DNA of 64,000 nucleotides from sequence record NC_041871.1; one strand, given 5' to 3'. Below, piece by piece: positions 18,704 through 27,562 of the stretch. Source of the DNA: Escherichia phage Murica. The number at the start of each line of letters is the position of its first letter. Position 1 is the stretch's first letter. The position numbers and the translations under genes are program-made. Under the pieces are notes generated by a model. It made no database searches and was not told the origin of the DNA. It was given only the letters and a program-made list of their open reading frames with translations.

Positions 18704-19237
18704 ATGACTTGTGCTAGAAAACCTGATGAACAACGTAACGCCTACGATGAGTATGTGACACCGGAGTGGTGTGCAGAAGGGCTGTATGACCTTATTCAGT
18801 TCCCAGAAGACTGGACCTACTTAGAGCCTTGCAGGAATAGTGCCTCAGGTGTGTTCTACTCCCGTATGCCGTTAGGATCTGCATGGGGAGAAATACAAGA
18901 AGGTGTTGACTATCTGAATACAGAATACAACCATGTTGACTGTATTATCACCAACCCACCATACAGCCTGGCTCGTGAGTTTGTAGACAAGGCGTTGAAA
19001 GATGCTGACGTAGTTATTATGCTTTTGCGTCTTAATTTTCTGGAAAGCAAAGCCAGATTTGAATGGTGGCTTGATAATGCACCTACTACTGTGATCACAA
19101 TATCTAAGCGTCCATCATTTCAATCAAACGGCAGAACTGACGGGCAAGCATATGCATATTTTGTGTGGGATAAGAAAAACCGTTTAGACTTGCCGCCGTT
19201 TATGTGGTTGGCACCCCCAGAGGTAGACCTGAAATGA
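18704..19237 (+). CDS. DNA N6-adenine methyltransferase, phage Dam-like
   Basis: YVTPEW N-terminal motif and IITNPPYSLAREFV catalytic motif. Confidence 0.65.
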   Translation: MTCARKPDEQRNAYDEYVTPEWCAEGLYDLIQFPEDWTYLEPCRNSASGVFYSRMPLGSAWGEIQEGVDYLNTEYNHVDCIITNPPYSLAREFVDKALKDADVVIMLLRLNFLESKARFEWWLDNAPTTVITISKRPSFQSNGRTDGQAYAYFVWDKKNRLDLPPFMWLAPPEVDLK

Positions 19238-19518
19238 AAATGAGTGCTAAGGACAAATTACACCATCTAGCGCTAAAACGCCCTGTAACGCTCCCTGACG
19301 AACTTAACTCCATTTATGATGCGATTGTAGGGGAGATACAAAATAAAGCGTTAGCAGGCTTTCTGGGGTGCGGATTTTCGATAAATCTACCCTCGCATCT
19401 CTCAGATTACTTCCCGCACATTGTTGGAGATTTAAGGGCAGGAGGTCTGCAGGTAGATGTTGTTGGCATCTCCCCAGAGAAAAATAATACGGTTGCCTAC
19501 TTGACAGTAACCTGGTAG
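19234..19518 (+). CDS. hypothetical protein
   Basis: ATG 19234 overlaps upstream stop (ATGA). Confidence 0.45.
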   Translation: MKMSAKDKLHHLALKRPVTLPDELNSIYDAIVGEIQNKALAGFLGCGFSINLPSHLSDYFPHIVGDLRAGGLQVDVVGISPEKNNTVAYLTVTW

Positions 19519-19554
19519 TTGTGTATTGTTGTTTTCAACAAGAGGGGGTCATTT

Positions 19555-19794
19555 ATGTACAAGTCATTTTCAATCTACTCAAGACAGGCGAAACACTACA
19601 CAGAGATCCTGATCACTCAGAAAAAATCTGTGGAAGGTGAGTGGGAATATCACCATAAAATGTTGCGTCCAGACTGGGTTTTTGATAGACTTATTGCTAT
19701 GATCCCTCTCGGAGAAGTATACCCTCTGACAGCCCATCGCGATGCTTGGGATTTAATTGATTACATAGATTCATTTAAGGAGCCTAGATTATGA
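19555..19794 (+). CDS. hypothetical protein
   Basis: ATG 19555 six nt after GAGGGGGT. Confidence 0.45.
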   Translation: MYKSFSIYSRQAKHYTEILITQKKSVEGEWEYHHKMLRPDWVFDRLIAMIPLGEVYPLTAHRDAWDLIDYIDSFKEPRL

Positions 19795-20189
19795 AGATTG
19801 AGATTACTAAAGAAGGTAAGAAAGTGTCCGGCAACTATGCAACAGTAATTCGGGATTTAATGTTTGAAGCCACCAAGATCGGTACATCTAAAGTTGGTCA
19901 AACTGTTAGTGTGAAAAGTAATATCTCCACAGGAGAGAAGGTATTCATTGTGGTCAAAGGGCAGGATCCCGTGGAAGGAACAGTGGGCCGAGGTGGCTAC
20001 CTGTGCATTTCTGAAGAGCCGCGTATGTTAGTGGCTGACGCTACTATGGGTGGGAAACGTGTGTGCGAGGCGGATGAGGTAATGATTATCCAACCTGTTG
20101 ATCCAGATGACCCAGCAACTTGGGTGGTAGGAAATGAAATCTTCTCTTTAGAAGAGTTATCCTTCCCAGCACCGCGCTCTGTTCAGTAA
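19791..20189 (+). CDS. hypothetical acidic protein
   Basis: AAGGAG SD; MKIEIT N-terminus. Confidence 0.5.
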   Translation: MKIEITKEGKKVSGNYATVIRDLMFEATKIGTSKVGQTVSVKSNISTGEKVFIVVKGQDPVEGTVGRGGYLCISEEPRMLVADATMGGKRVCEADEVMIIQPVDPDDPATWVVGNEIFSLEELSFPAPRSVQ

Positions 20190-20226
20190 TAATTTATCTT
20201 ACCAGGGACGGTAGGTAGGAGGTAGC

Positions 20227-20460
20227 ATGAAAGTTAAATTTCTTACAGATTTAGGGTACCCTTCCTTGGTTGACTGTGTTGGTAAAATTGTGGAAGCAAA
20301 ACGGCTATCTGCAAACGAGAATGTTGTCCTGGTTAAAGGGAAGGATTTACTAGCTGCAGGTGCAGAGTCTGGCAGGATCTCTCCTGATTATATGTATTAC
20401 CTATCTTTAAGTAATCTGCCAGAGCGAGGCGGTAAAGGCCTTGAAGTTGTGGAGGAGTGA
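20227..20460 (+). CDS. small acidic protein, KGxDLxAAGA paralog family
   Basis: MKVKFL...VKGKDLLAAGA...GLEVVEE; AGGAGG SD. Confidence 0.55.
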   Translation: MKVKFLTDLGYPSLVDCVGKIVEAKRLSANENVVLVKGKDLLAAGAESGRISPDYMYYLSLSNLPERGGKGLEVVEE

Positions 20461-20465
20461 CAGGT

Positions 20466-20990
20466 ATGCTTCTGATTAACTGGGAAGACCTCTATGGGGA
20501 CAAAGACCCTGTTGCGTTTGTTGATCGTAGGTGGAGATACACTGAAGAACAACTGGCGGCAAAAAATTTAACTGCAAAACGCAGAAAGATCATCCAGTGC
20601 AAGTACAAATACGCACAGTTTGCTGCAAAAGTGTCTCCACAAATCGAGAGCTTTGTGCTTAAATTGTATGACGAGTACCTCAAATTCAAATTGGATTTTG
20701 TGCAGGTGTACCGTGCACAGGTACGACCAGATACCAACATATGTAGATGGAAGGTTGTTTGTGAAGGTAAAGATTTGCCGCTCAGCTTGACAATTGAGTG
20801 GCGTTATGGGTATCATGAGTGTGGTCTGTATGATATTTGGGATGTCATTGTAGATCCTGCTAAGCATCTGAACACAGAGGAGCTGGAATATATCAATAAG
20901 GTTATTCTCGATATGTTTTTCAGCTACACACATGAAAACTCTGAGAAAGAACGGGATAATTTTCTTGACACCCTCAGCGACCATTTGTAG
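20466..20990 (+). CDS. hypothetical protein
   Basis: ATG 20466 eight nt after GGAGGAG. Confidence 0.5.
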   Translation: MLLINWEDLYGDKDPVAFVDRRWRYTEEQLAAKNLTAKRRKIIQCKYKYAQFAAKVSPQIESFVLKLYDEYLKFKLDFVQVYRAQVRPDTNICRWKVVCEGKDLPLSLTIEWRYGYHECGLYDIWDVIVDPAKHLNTEELEYINKVILDMFFSYTHENSEKERDNFLDTLSDHL

Positions 20991-21020
20991 TATACAATTT
21001 AACCTACAAAGGGAGGACCA

Positions 21021-21248
21021 ATGAGTATAAATGTTGTGCTAATAGGTTACCTGGTAATGTCCGTTATAACAGCGGTATTCTTGACAGGTGTATGCATCGT
21101 GTCCAGACGAAGGGTGAAGTTTGATGATTTTATCACCATCATCACTGCTGCACCTTTTTGGCCTGTTGTTATCTTCATCGTAATAATGTGCCTAGTTGAT
21201 TACTACAAGAATATCAGGAAGGAGAGTAGGGATGGAGACCGCACCTAA
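21021..21248 (+). CDS. small membrane protein (two hydrophobic helices)
   Basis: GGGAGG SD; hydrophobic segments LIGYLVMSVITAVFL and FWPVVIFIVIMCL. Confidence 0.5.
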   Translation: MSINVVLIGYLVMSVITAVFLTGVCIVSRRRVKFDDFITIITAAPFWPVVIFIVIMCLVDYYKNIRKESRDGDRT

Positions 21249-21384
21249 AACTATCTATACTGTTCTTAAAGAGATTGCGTTCTACGCAGATCTTAGCCAG
21301 GCACCTTTATGGGAAAAGAGCATGTATTTAAAATGGTGCGTTAATTTAGGGAGACCTTCCAGTGTTTCAAGCCATGTTTATTGA
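21232..21384 (+). CDS. hypothetical protein
   Basis: ATG after GGAAGGAGAG; overlaps upstream gene end. Confidence 0.35.
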   Translation: METAPKTIYTVLKEIAFYADLSQAPLWEKSMYLKWCVNLGRPSSVSSHVY

Positions 21385-21467
21385 GATGCTATCTGGGATA
21401 TTGTTACTAGTAGCCATCTTAGGTGGTGCAGTTCTGATGTATAACTATCTTGAAAAAGGAGACAGCA

Positions 21468-21653
21468 ATGGTAAAAAATAAATCTTTAGAGCAGGCTGAA
21501 AACCTTCTCCACGAGCTGGTAAAGGAGTGGAAAGTTGAATACTCAGATTTTAATGCACGAGAGGGTGAAGATTATTGGCCTACGGAGCGCTCAGAGGGCG
21601 AATGGTATCAAGATTTTATAGAGTGGTTATATCAGACGTGCGATGAGGGGTGA
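21468..21653 (+). CDS. hypothetical acidic protein
   Basis: ATG 21468 six nt after AAAGGAGA. Confidence 0.45.
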   Translation: MVKNKSLEQAENLLHELVKEWKVEYSDFNAREGEDYWPTERSEGEWYQDFIEWLYQTCDEG

Positions 21654-21655
21654 CG

Positions 21656-22120
21656 ATGTTTGTTAAATATGTAAAAACGTGCCTCAACAGTCTTGGCAGA
21701 GAGCATTGGTACACCTTGCTTGAAAAAGGGGAAATTTTAACAAAATCTGGAAAGATAACTTTGATACCTCTTGATAGTAAAGGTAAAGACCCGTCACGAC
21801 TTGTTATAGATGATTACGTTACAGGTGTGACGTTCGAGGTCTCTGTGGAGAGGTTAATACGCAGAGCTGGCGGCCCTTATGACCGAAGAGAGTATGTTTT
21901 CGATTCCGTTACAGAGATGGGGGAGCATCCGTCTTTAATGTTCAGGATGGTAATCAGAGATATGAGGTCATCTATAGATAGGATCGTAAAGGACATTAAG
22001 GAACCTTTTAGAGTAAAAGTTAAGAAGTTTTTCGATTCTAAGATTAACATACTCGCCGTTGCACTAGGTGTAGTTCAACTTCTGTTAATTTTGCACTATT
22101 TTGAACTACTATTTAAGTAG
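21656..22120 (+). CDS. hypothetical protein with C-terminal hydrophobic helix
   Basis: ATG 21656 after GAGGGG; C-terminal ILAVALGVVQLLLIL. Confidence 0.5.
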   Translation: MFVKYVKTCLNSLGREHWYTLLEKGEILTKSGKITLIPLDSKGKDPSRLVIDDYVTGVTFEVSVERLIRRAGGPYDRREYVFDSVTEMGEHPSLMFRMVIRDMRSSIDRIVKDIKEPFRVKVKKFFDSKINILAVALGVVQLLLILHYFELLFK

Positions 22121-22123
22121 TAG

Positions 22124-22150
22124 TTGAGATATGGCACAAAGGATGTGCCA
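22124..22150 (+). promoter_or_regulatory. promoter-like element with palindrome
   Basis: TTGAGA (22124-22129) then palindrome TGGCACAAAGGATGTGCCA (22132-22150); weak -10. Confidence 0.3.
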
Positions 22151-22182
22151 TAGTGAAATAAACTAAGAAAGAGGTAGAGAGA

Positions 22183-22530
22183 ATGCCAAAGATTAAAACG
22201 TTATTACTGTGGGTAGCTGTTTTAGCTTTTATAGGGTACTGGACTTGGGAAACTGAATTAAAAGATATCGGATATACCAGTCTTGAGAGCAAGGCGTGCA
22301 TTGGCATAACCGATGCGTTCAGGCAAAATGCTATGGATCACGAATGTGTTGATGCAGATATAGATGAGAAACTGTCTAAGGACAAAGATTTTTACCATGG
22401 GCATGCTTTACTTGATAGTGGTGACACTGTAGAGTTCTGGTCGTGGTTTCGTGAAGATGGAACAATAAAAACAGCAGTAAAGATCTCTAACAAAGAGTTA
22501 ATGCTGTTGCAGCAAAAGGAGGCTCAATGA
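22183..22530 (+). CDS. hypothetical protein with N-terminal hydrophobic segment
   Basis: AAGAGGTAGAGAGA SD; LLLWVAVLAFIGYW. Confidence 0.5.
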   Translation: MPKIKTLLLWVAVLAFIGYWTWETELKDIGYTSLESKACIGITDAFRQNAMDHECVDADIDEKLSKDKDFYHGHALLDSGDTVEFWSWFREDGTIKTAVKISNKELMLLQQKEAQ

Positions 22531-22814
22531 TCTGGATATCCTATGCTGATGGCACCATGCTGTATACTGCAGGTACCAGATATGAAGTTCAGGAGAACGA
22601 TAAAAAATTTATCGTAAAAACATTTGACAAGGACGACAACCTTTTGCTAGAATTGACTTACAAAGTTGGAGAGGTATCCAATATCCAGTTGGATTGTGGT
22701 CATAAAGATAATCCACTCAAAAAACCTGGAGTAGGTAAGGCTTCAGAAGAACGTCTGTCTCGTATTGCAGAAAGCGTTTCTCCCCAAAAATCTAAGAAGA
22801 GGACTAGAAAATGA
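22527..22814 (+). CDS. hypothetical protein
   Basis: ATGA overlap with upstream gene; AAGGAGG SD. Confidence 0.45.
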   Translation: MIWISYADGTMLYTAGTRYEVQENDKKFIVKTFDKDDNLLLELTYKVGEVSNIQLDCGHKDNPLKKPGVGKASEERLSRIAESVSPQKSKKRTRK

Positions 22815-23005
22815 AAAACTTACGTTTTAACACTTATTACTACAACACATTGAATGATTTGTATTATATTGTTCGAAGTAAAAGTCCTGAAACAGTCCTA
22901 TTCTGCCGCGAACCTTTCAAAGGGGAGGAAGTAGAGTCTGAGATGAATGTTAGCCAGATCACCTCTTTGTTGCTCTCAGGCGCAATGGAAGAAGCAATAT
23001 TCTAA
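22811..23005 (+). CDS. hypothetical protein
   Basis: ATGA overlap; AGAGGA SD. Confidence 0.4.
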   Translation: MKNLRFNTYYYNTLNDLYYIVRSKSPETVLFCREPFKGEEVESEMNVSQITSLLLSGAMEEAIF

Positions 23006-23023
23006 ACCAGGCAGGAGGGTTTT

Positions 23024-23212
23024 ATGAAGCACTATTGCCTGTCTGGTAGAATGGGTGCAGATTGTGATTGGGTTTTCTTAAAACTTGTCAGCATTCGAGA
23101 GTTCATCCCAGAGGAAGAGCAAGAAAGCGAGCTGATGTCATGGATCAACCATTACGGTAACACTTTTCGGCATGTTAAGGTAGAAGAGTTGCCAAGCGAG
23201 GCTGAATTATGA
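23024..23212 (+). CDS. hypothetical protein
   Basis: GGAGGG SD. Confidence 0.4.
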   Translation: MKHYCLSGRMGADCDWVFLKLVSIREFIPEEEQESELMSWINHYGNTFRHVKVEELPSEAEL

Positions 23213-23505
23213 AACTTTTTGAGTGGTTTAAAAAGTTTAAATATAAAGCTGTAGCCATCGTGCCGTGGTCCATTCAGTGGGTTGATGAAGGTGGTCTACC
23301 GATACCTGGTGACAAAGATACTGGGTACTGGATTATGATGGAGAACGGGTTTGGAAAGCGAAAGTATACGTGCACAAACTCTACTCGATCTGCACTTAAT
23401 AGAGTGCCCGGTTACAAACTTATGGTTGTGTGGAAAATGTCAGGCGTGCCTCCAGCCAATGCTCAATTTCTTACTGACAATCCGACCACGGTAGAGGGAG
23501 ATTGA
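23209..23505 (+). CDS. hypothetical protein
   Basis: ATGA overlap. Confidence 0.45.
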   Translation: MKLFEWFKKFKYKAVAIVPWSIQWVDEGGLPIPGDKDTGYWIMMENGFGKRKYTCTNSTRSALNRVPGYKLMVVWKMSGVPPANAQFLTDNPTTVEGD

Positions 23506-23789
23506 TAATGAAAAAGATTAACAGTAGTGAAGTAGAGTTTAAACTTGTCGGAAAAGGCACTTACTGGGAAGTTCGTCAAAAGGTATATTTGTTCGGTCTT
23601 ATTCCCTACTGGTCTAAATTCTACTGGGGAGCTAACGAGTTGGGAAGATATGCCACCAAATCAATGGCACTTATTGGTATAGCAGAGTACATTGCAGCCC
23701 GAGACAGGGTTGGAACCACTTATTACTACACTGCTGACGATATTCGTAACAGTGTTTACGTCCCACAACCACCTGATGGAGACCGTTGA
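23502..23789 (+). CDS. hypothetical protein
   Basis: GAGGGAG SD. Confidence 0.45.
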   Translation: MIMKKINSSEVEFKLVGKGTYWEVRQKVYLFGLIPYWSKFYWGANELGRYATKSMALIGIAEYIAARDRVGTTYYYTADDIRNSVYVPQPPDGDR

Positions 23790-24013
23790 TGAAAGTTAAA
23801 GTTTTAGATTCAAGCTTCTATATTGGTCAGGAGCCTTTAGTAGGAAAAGTGTTTACTGCTGTCCCTAACGAAGATTACCCTGACCTTTTAAAAATAAAAG
23901 GAGCAGATCTTATTGCCGCTGGTGCATCTCAGGAATGCTTTGACAGTCAGTGGACCTATAACTTTGCCCTAGGTGAGGATGTAGAGGTAGTGGAGGACGA
24001 TCATGAAGGTTAA
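23789..24013 (+). CDS. small acidic protein, KGxDLxAAGA paralog family
   Basis: MKVKVLD...IKGADLIAAGA...DVEVVED. Confidence 0.55.
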   Translation: MKVKVLDSSFYIGQEPLVGKVFTAVPNEDYPDLLKIKGADLIAAGASQECFDSQWTYNFALGEDVEVVEDDHEG

Positions 24014-24257
24014 AATTCTTGATTCTAACGTCTACTTGGGGCAATCCTTCCTGAATGGAAAGGTCGTTCCTGCGGTATACTTTGAAGGGTTGCCGTGGGA
24101 TGATCCTGTGCGGCAACATCACAATTATGTAGGCCACAACGTGGTGTTTATCTTGGGATCAGACCTGATCACCGCTGGTGCACCTGAATATTATTTCGGG
24201 GAAGAGTCCTACTATGCCTTTGGGGTAGGGTCAGATGCAGATATTGTAGAGCTGTGA
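24003..24257 (+). CDS. small acidic protein, KGxDLxAAGA paralog family
   Basis: MKVKILD...LGSDLITAGA...DADIVEL. Confidence 0.55.
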   Translation: MKVKILDSNVYLGQSFLNGKVVPAVYFEGLPWDDPVRQHHNYVGHNVVFILGSDLITAGAPEYYFGEESYYAFGVGSDADIVEL

Positions 24258-24269
24258 TGGGTAACCGTT

Positions 24270-24668
24270 GTGAAAAATAAACTGTTTAAAGTTACAATGA
24301 AAATTCGCGGGGCTTGGAGCGTAAAGCAAGGGCGTATTCCAGAATTTGAGAAAGACTTCTACGTAGTCTCCACCTCTGAGGAGGCTGCATGCTGGCAGGC
24401 TGGCTATGCCTATGCAAGAACCTGGTACGAAGGATACCAGACTGGGGGCTATGACGGAGAAATTATCAGCAAGGGTGTAGAAGAAATTAATGTGTTGACA
24501 AGTGAAAAAGTTTTTGTTATAGTGCATCCAGATTCCAGAGTGAAGCATTACTGGAATGCCAGAACAAAAACTTGGACACCGTTTGCAGATTCTGCTACGC
24601 CACTTTTAAACCAGAAAGCTCTTGACTCTGCCCCAAGTTATGGGGTTGTTGAAGAAAAGCTAAACTGA
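24270..24668 (+). CDS. hypothetical protein (paralog of 26479-26874)
   Basis: VFVIVHPDSRVKHYWNARTKTWTP resembles KFVMRHPHSNIAYYWDVLNNEWTP; start uncertain. Confidence 0.45.
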   Translation: MKNKLFKVTMKIRGAWSVKQGRIPEFEKDFYVVSTSEEAACWQAGYAYARTWYEGYQTGGYDGEIISKGVEEINVLTSEKVFVIVHPDSRVKHYWNARTKTWTPFADSATPLLNQKALDSAPSYGVVEEKLN

Positions 24669-24685
24669 AACAGTGAGGTGTCACC

Positions 24686-24976
24686 ATGATGGATTTAATT
24701 CTAAATATTGATAACGCAGGAGAGTTTAAAGACGATGGTGTAACAAGCATGGACAAACCCTGCTCTGCTAAGGTTGACTCAAAATGGACCTACAAGTTTG
24801 ACGGAGAGATCTTCGCAAATGATGAGAAGGTTGTAGATGCTGCAGCCATTTTAAACGCTCTAGGGTACGACCCTGTGAATTCTTTGATCAAGGATCCTGT
24901 TGAGTTTGCAGAGTATGTTCGAAAAATGGCAGATCTTGCTGTGGATATTTTAAAAACTATCGACAACAAGCTGTAA
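24686..24976 (+). CDS. hypothetical acidic protein
   Basis: GAGGTG SD. Confidence 0.45.
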   Translation: MMDLILNIDNAGEFKDDGVTSMDKPCSAKVDSKWTYKFDGEIFANDEKVVDAAAILNALGYDPVNSLIKDPVEFAEYVRKMADLAVDILKTIDNKL

Positions 24977-24982
24977 AAACTG

Positions 24983-25011
24983 TTGACACAACGCTTCAGA
25001 TTTAGTATCAT
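24983..25011 (+). promoter_or_regulatory. sigma70-like promoter upstream of hpf homologue
   Basis: TTGACA (24983-24988), 17 nt, TATCAT (25006-25011). Confidence 0.45.
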
Positions 25012-25060
25012 TGTTTTCAAAGAGAGATAGTTATTCCCTCTTCCTTAAAAGGAACACGTT

Positions 25061-25360
25061 ATGCAAATTGAAATCACTGGCAACAATGTAGAAATCACAG
25101 AAGGTATGGTATCTTTTATTTCCCGCAAAATGTCCAAGCTGGAGCGTTTACATCCCTCTGTTAACTATGCACGTGTGAGTGTAAAAGTTGAAAATGATCA
25201 CCAGGAAGTTATGGCGTTCATTTTTGACAATTCTGGAAAAGAAGTTATTGCCAAGGCTAAAGGCAGTGATGCTTACGAGGCAACTGACCGTATGGTAGAT
25301 GTTGCAGCACGTCAGCTGGCTAAATGCGGTGGAAAGAAAGGTAAGGGGAAGGCAAAGTAA
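25061..25360 (+). CDS. hpf: ribosome hibernation promoting factor homologue (HPF/YfiA family)
   Basis: MQIEITGNNVEITEGM...VSVKVE...AKGSDAYEATDRMVDVAARQLAK parallels E. coli HPF MQLNITGNNVEITEAL...VVLKVE...AIDGLIDKLARQLTK. Confidence 0.85.
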   Translation: MQIEITGNNVEITEGMVSFISRKMSKLERLHPSVNYARVSVKVENDHQEVMAFIFDNSGKEVIAKAKGSDAYEATDRMVDVAARQLAKCGGKKGKGKAK

Positions 25361-25389
25361 AGATTGACTTTGGAGAATGAGGTGCTACA

Positions 25390-25491
25390 ATGGGTGTGAT
25401 TAAGAAATTAGTCCCAAATGTAGAGATTGCATGCTTTGAAATTATGTTTGCAATCGCAGTTGTAGTTAATGTGTTAGGTTACGGCTATTAA
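25390..25491 (+). CDS. hydrophobic micropeptide (33 aa)
   Basis: MGVIKKLVPNVEIACFEIMFAIAVVVNVLGYGY; GAGGTG SD. Confidence 0.3.
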   Translation: MGVIKKLVPNVEIACFEIMFAIAVVVNVLGYGY

Positions 25492-25517
25492 TATCAAATA
25501 ATTGAGGAGACCTCTAA

Positions 25518-25787
25518 ATGAAAATTAAATTATTCCAAACTGAGCTGGCAGACAAAAATTGTGGACTGGTTGAAGGCATGATTGTTGAAGCACAACCAGT
25601 GGACTATATGAAGGTGGTTCGTGATGCCCTAGGTGAAGGTTTTGATCTGATGGAGCCAGCTCTGCGAGAAGATGTTATCGAGATGGCTAAAAAGCACACA
25701 CCTGAAGGTTTGGTGGTGTTTGTTGCACCGGGTAACGGAGAAGAGTTGATTGTAACTCCTGATGTGTATGAGATTGTAGAGGAATAA
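25518..25787 (+). CDS. small acidic protein (family-like, ends YEIVEE)
   Basis: MKIKLF...VVFVAPGNGEELIV...DVYEIVEE. Confidence 0.5.
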   Translation: MKIKLFQTELADKNCGLVEGMIVEAQPVDYMKVVRDALGEGFDLMEPALREDVIEMAKKHTPEGLVVFVAPGNGEELIVTPDVYEIVEE

Positions 25788-25878
25788 TCCTGCTTGGATT
25801 AGCATACTTCCTCGCTAAGGAAGATTTGTAATTATTTGTGGGAAAGGAGTCCCAATCTCTTACCAGAGGTGATACTAT

Positions 25879-26142
25879 ATGATTGTTTATTTTAAAACTT
25901 CAGGTGGATACCCTGATTCTCAAAGCTTGATCGGAAAAACGTGCACAGCATACTCACCTCTTGATGAGGAGGTAAGCGATATTTTACGAAATATGTATCG
26001 GATTGACCCCCAAGAAGCCTTTGATCAAAACCTTGTATTTGTCAAGGGCTCAGATATGAAGTCTTTGGGAGCATTCCCTGAAGCAGATGATGATGCCGTT
26101 TATTCGTTCATGACTCCTTTTGAAGCTATGGTTGTTGGGTGA
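25879..26142 (+). CDS. small acidic protein (family-like)
   Basis: LVFVKGSDMKSLGA resembles family KGxDLxAAGA motif. Confidence 0.45.
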   Translation: MIVYFKTSGGYPDSQSLIGKTCTAYSPLDEEVSDILRNMYRIDPQEAFDQNLVFVKGSDMKSLGAFPEADDDAVYSFMTPFEAMVVG

Positions 26143-26146
26143 TAAT

Positions 26147-26479
26147 ATGAAAGTACGCTTTATTGGTGAAACAATTCCTGTGCATCTCCGGTCGCCTGAG
26201 GATTCTGCAGATCTTGCATCTCAAAAGGCGAGAGGTTATGATAAGAAAGTAACCTCAACCGATGTAGTGCTTGAGGCTACTAGTCTACCTGACCCTGCTG
26301 CATTCTTTAATCATTATGGGTACTATTTCAGCAATCTGATGAATATCGGTGAGCTTGTGTTTATTAGTGGTGGAGAAATTGTTAGCAAGCTTGGCGGCGA
26401 TCCGGATATCTTTCATGAAACCTGTCCTTTTGCATTTGTGGTAGGTTCAGATGTGGAAGTTATTGAGGAGGTGCGGTAA
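26147..26479 (+). CDS. small acidic protein (family-like)
   Basis: MKVRFIGE...LVFISGGEIVSKLG...GSDVEVIEE; track start 26120 lies in upstream gene. Confidence 0.45.
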   Translation: MKVRFIGETIPVHLRSPEDSADLASQKARGYDKKVTSTDVVLEATSLPDPAAFFNHYGYYFSNLMNIGELVFISGGEIVSKLGGDPDIFHETCPFAFVVGSDVEVIEEVR

Positions 26480-26874
26480 TGGTAAGCCTATACCGTGTTG
26501 AGTATAGCTCAGATACTGTATACAACGTAAGAAGCAAAGATCGCAGCGACAGAGTGCAAGAAATGTATGTTCTTGCCGACAGTCCGTTATCTGCAGCGTT
26601 CAAGGCAGGGGCTCTTGCATCTCGTTGGAAATTTGAAGGTGGATCTTTCTATGAAGAAACCCTTGAAGATTCTGTTGTTATTTCTTCTGTAGAGGTTTCA
26701 GATGACTACGAAGGGAAAAAGTTCGTAATGCGGCACCCACACAGCAACATTGCGTACTACTGGGATGTTCTGAACAACGAGTGGACCCCAGATCTTCAGA
26801 AGGCTACTGTGCTAACACCGTTTTTGGCAGATAAGTTCCCACCAGAAGGTAATTTATCCGCACTGTTTCAGTAA
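26479..26874 (+). CDS. hypothetical protein (paralog of 24270-24668)
   Basis: Shared RHPxS...YW...WTP block; GAGGTG SD. Confidence 0.5.
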   Translation: MVSLYRVEYSSDTVYNVRSKDRSDRVQEMYVLADSPLSAAFKAGALASRWKFEGGSFYEETLEDSVVISSVEVSDDYEGKKFVMRHPHSNIAYYWDVLNNEWTPDLQKATVLTPFLADKFPPEGNLSALFQ

Positions 26875-26882
26875 TTTTCTTG

Positions 26883-26923
26883 CACACAGGTGTTGACAAC
26901 GCCAACCCTGTGTGAAATAATAC
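26883..26923 (+). promoter_or_regulatory. sigma70-like promoter flanked by inverted repeat
   Basis: CACACAGG (26883-26890) ... TTGACA (26893-26898) ... CCTGTGTG (26907-26914) ... TAATAC (26918-26923). Confidence 0.4.
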
Positions 26924-26953
26924 CTTCATCTTAACAAGACAGGGGACCGATTG

Positions 26954-27211
26954 ATGAAGATTAAATTGAAAAACCTTGAAACGGCAGAGATTCAGGACGG
27001 TGTTGATTTCCGTTCTAAAGATGGTGACATCTTAGAGGTAAATATTCCAACCTACGAGCTGATTAAAGGTTTTGGCAACGTTCCGGAAGAGGATATTACA
27101 GAAATTCTTATGATGTTGATTCTTGACGGAACTGTGTTTGTAGGTGAAGGTGAGAACGCTATTGCAATCCCAGGCCATTTTTATGAAGTAGTTGACGAAG
27201 AGGTGCTGTAA
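26954..27211 (+). CDS. small acidic protein (family-like)
   Basis: MKIKLKNL...HFYEVVDEEVL. Confidence 0.5.
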   Translation: MKIKLKNLETAEIQDGVDFRSKDGDILEVNIPTYELIKGFGNVPEEDITEILMMLILDGTVFVGEGENAIAIPGHFYEVVDEEVL

Positions 27212-27562
27212 ATGAAAGTAGAAATTACCGGTTTTGATGTGAATGTGGTTCCGGAAGATATTTTAGCTAAACTTCCAGAAGGTTTTGGTAACGGCGTTGT
27301 GGTGGATGCTGTTCCTCCTACCAAAGACATTCTGCTGCAGTATGGTGTAGCAGAGGAAGATGTCGATAAAGTTCTTACAATGATGGCAATCGATCGTGTT
27401 GTCGTTGTTAAAGGTCTCGATAATTTTGAGAGTGATCCCCTGATTATTCGTGGAGATGACTACAAAATCATCGATAATGAAGGCCAAGAGTTCTATGAAC
27501 CTTGTGCAGAAGATATTCTTAACTTATTACTGGAAGCAGGTACCGAAGAGGAGGACGAATAA
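27212..27562 (+). CDS. small acidic protein
   Basis: MKVEITG...; GAGGTG SD. Confidence 0.5.
   Translation: MKVEITGFDVNVVPEDILAKLPEGFGNGVVVDAVPPTKDILLQYGVAEEDVDKVLTMMAIDRVVVVKGLDNFESDPLIIRGDDYKIIDNEGQEFYEPCAEDILNLLLEAGTEEEDE

Noticed and set aside
21374-21481. 35-codon hydrophobic ORF upstream of 21468
   Set aside because: No ribosome-binding site, and it overlaps the SD and start of the next gene.
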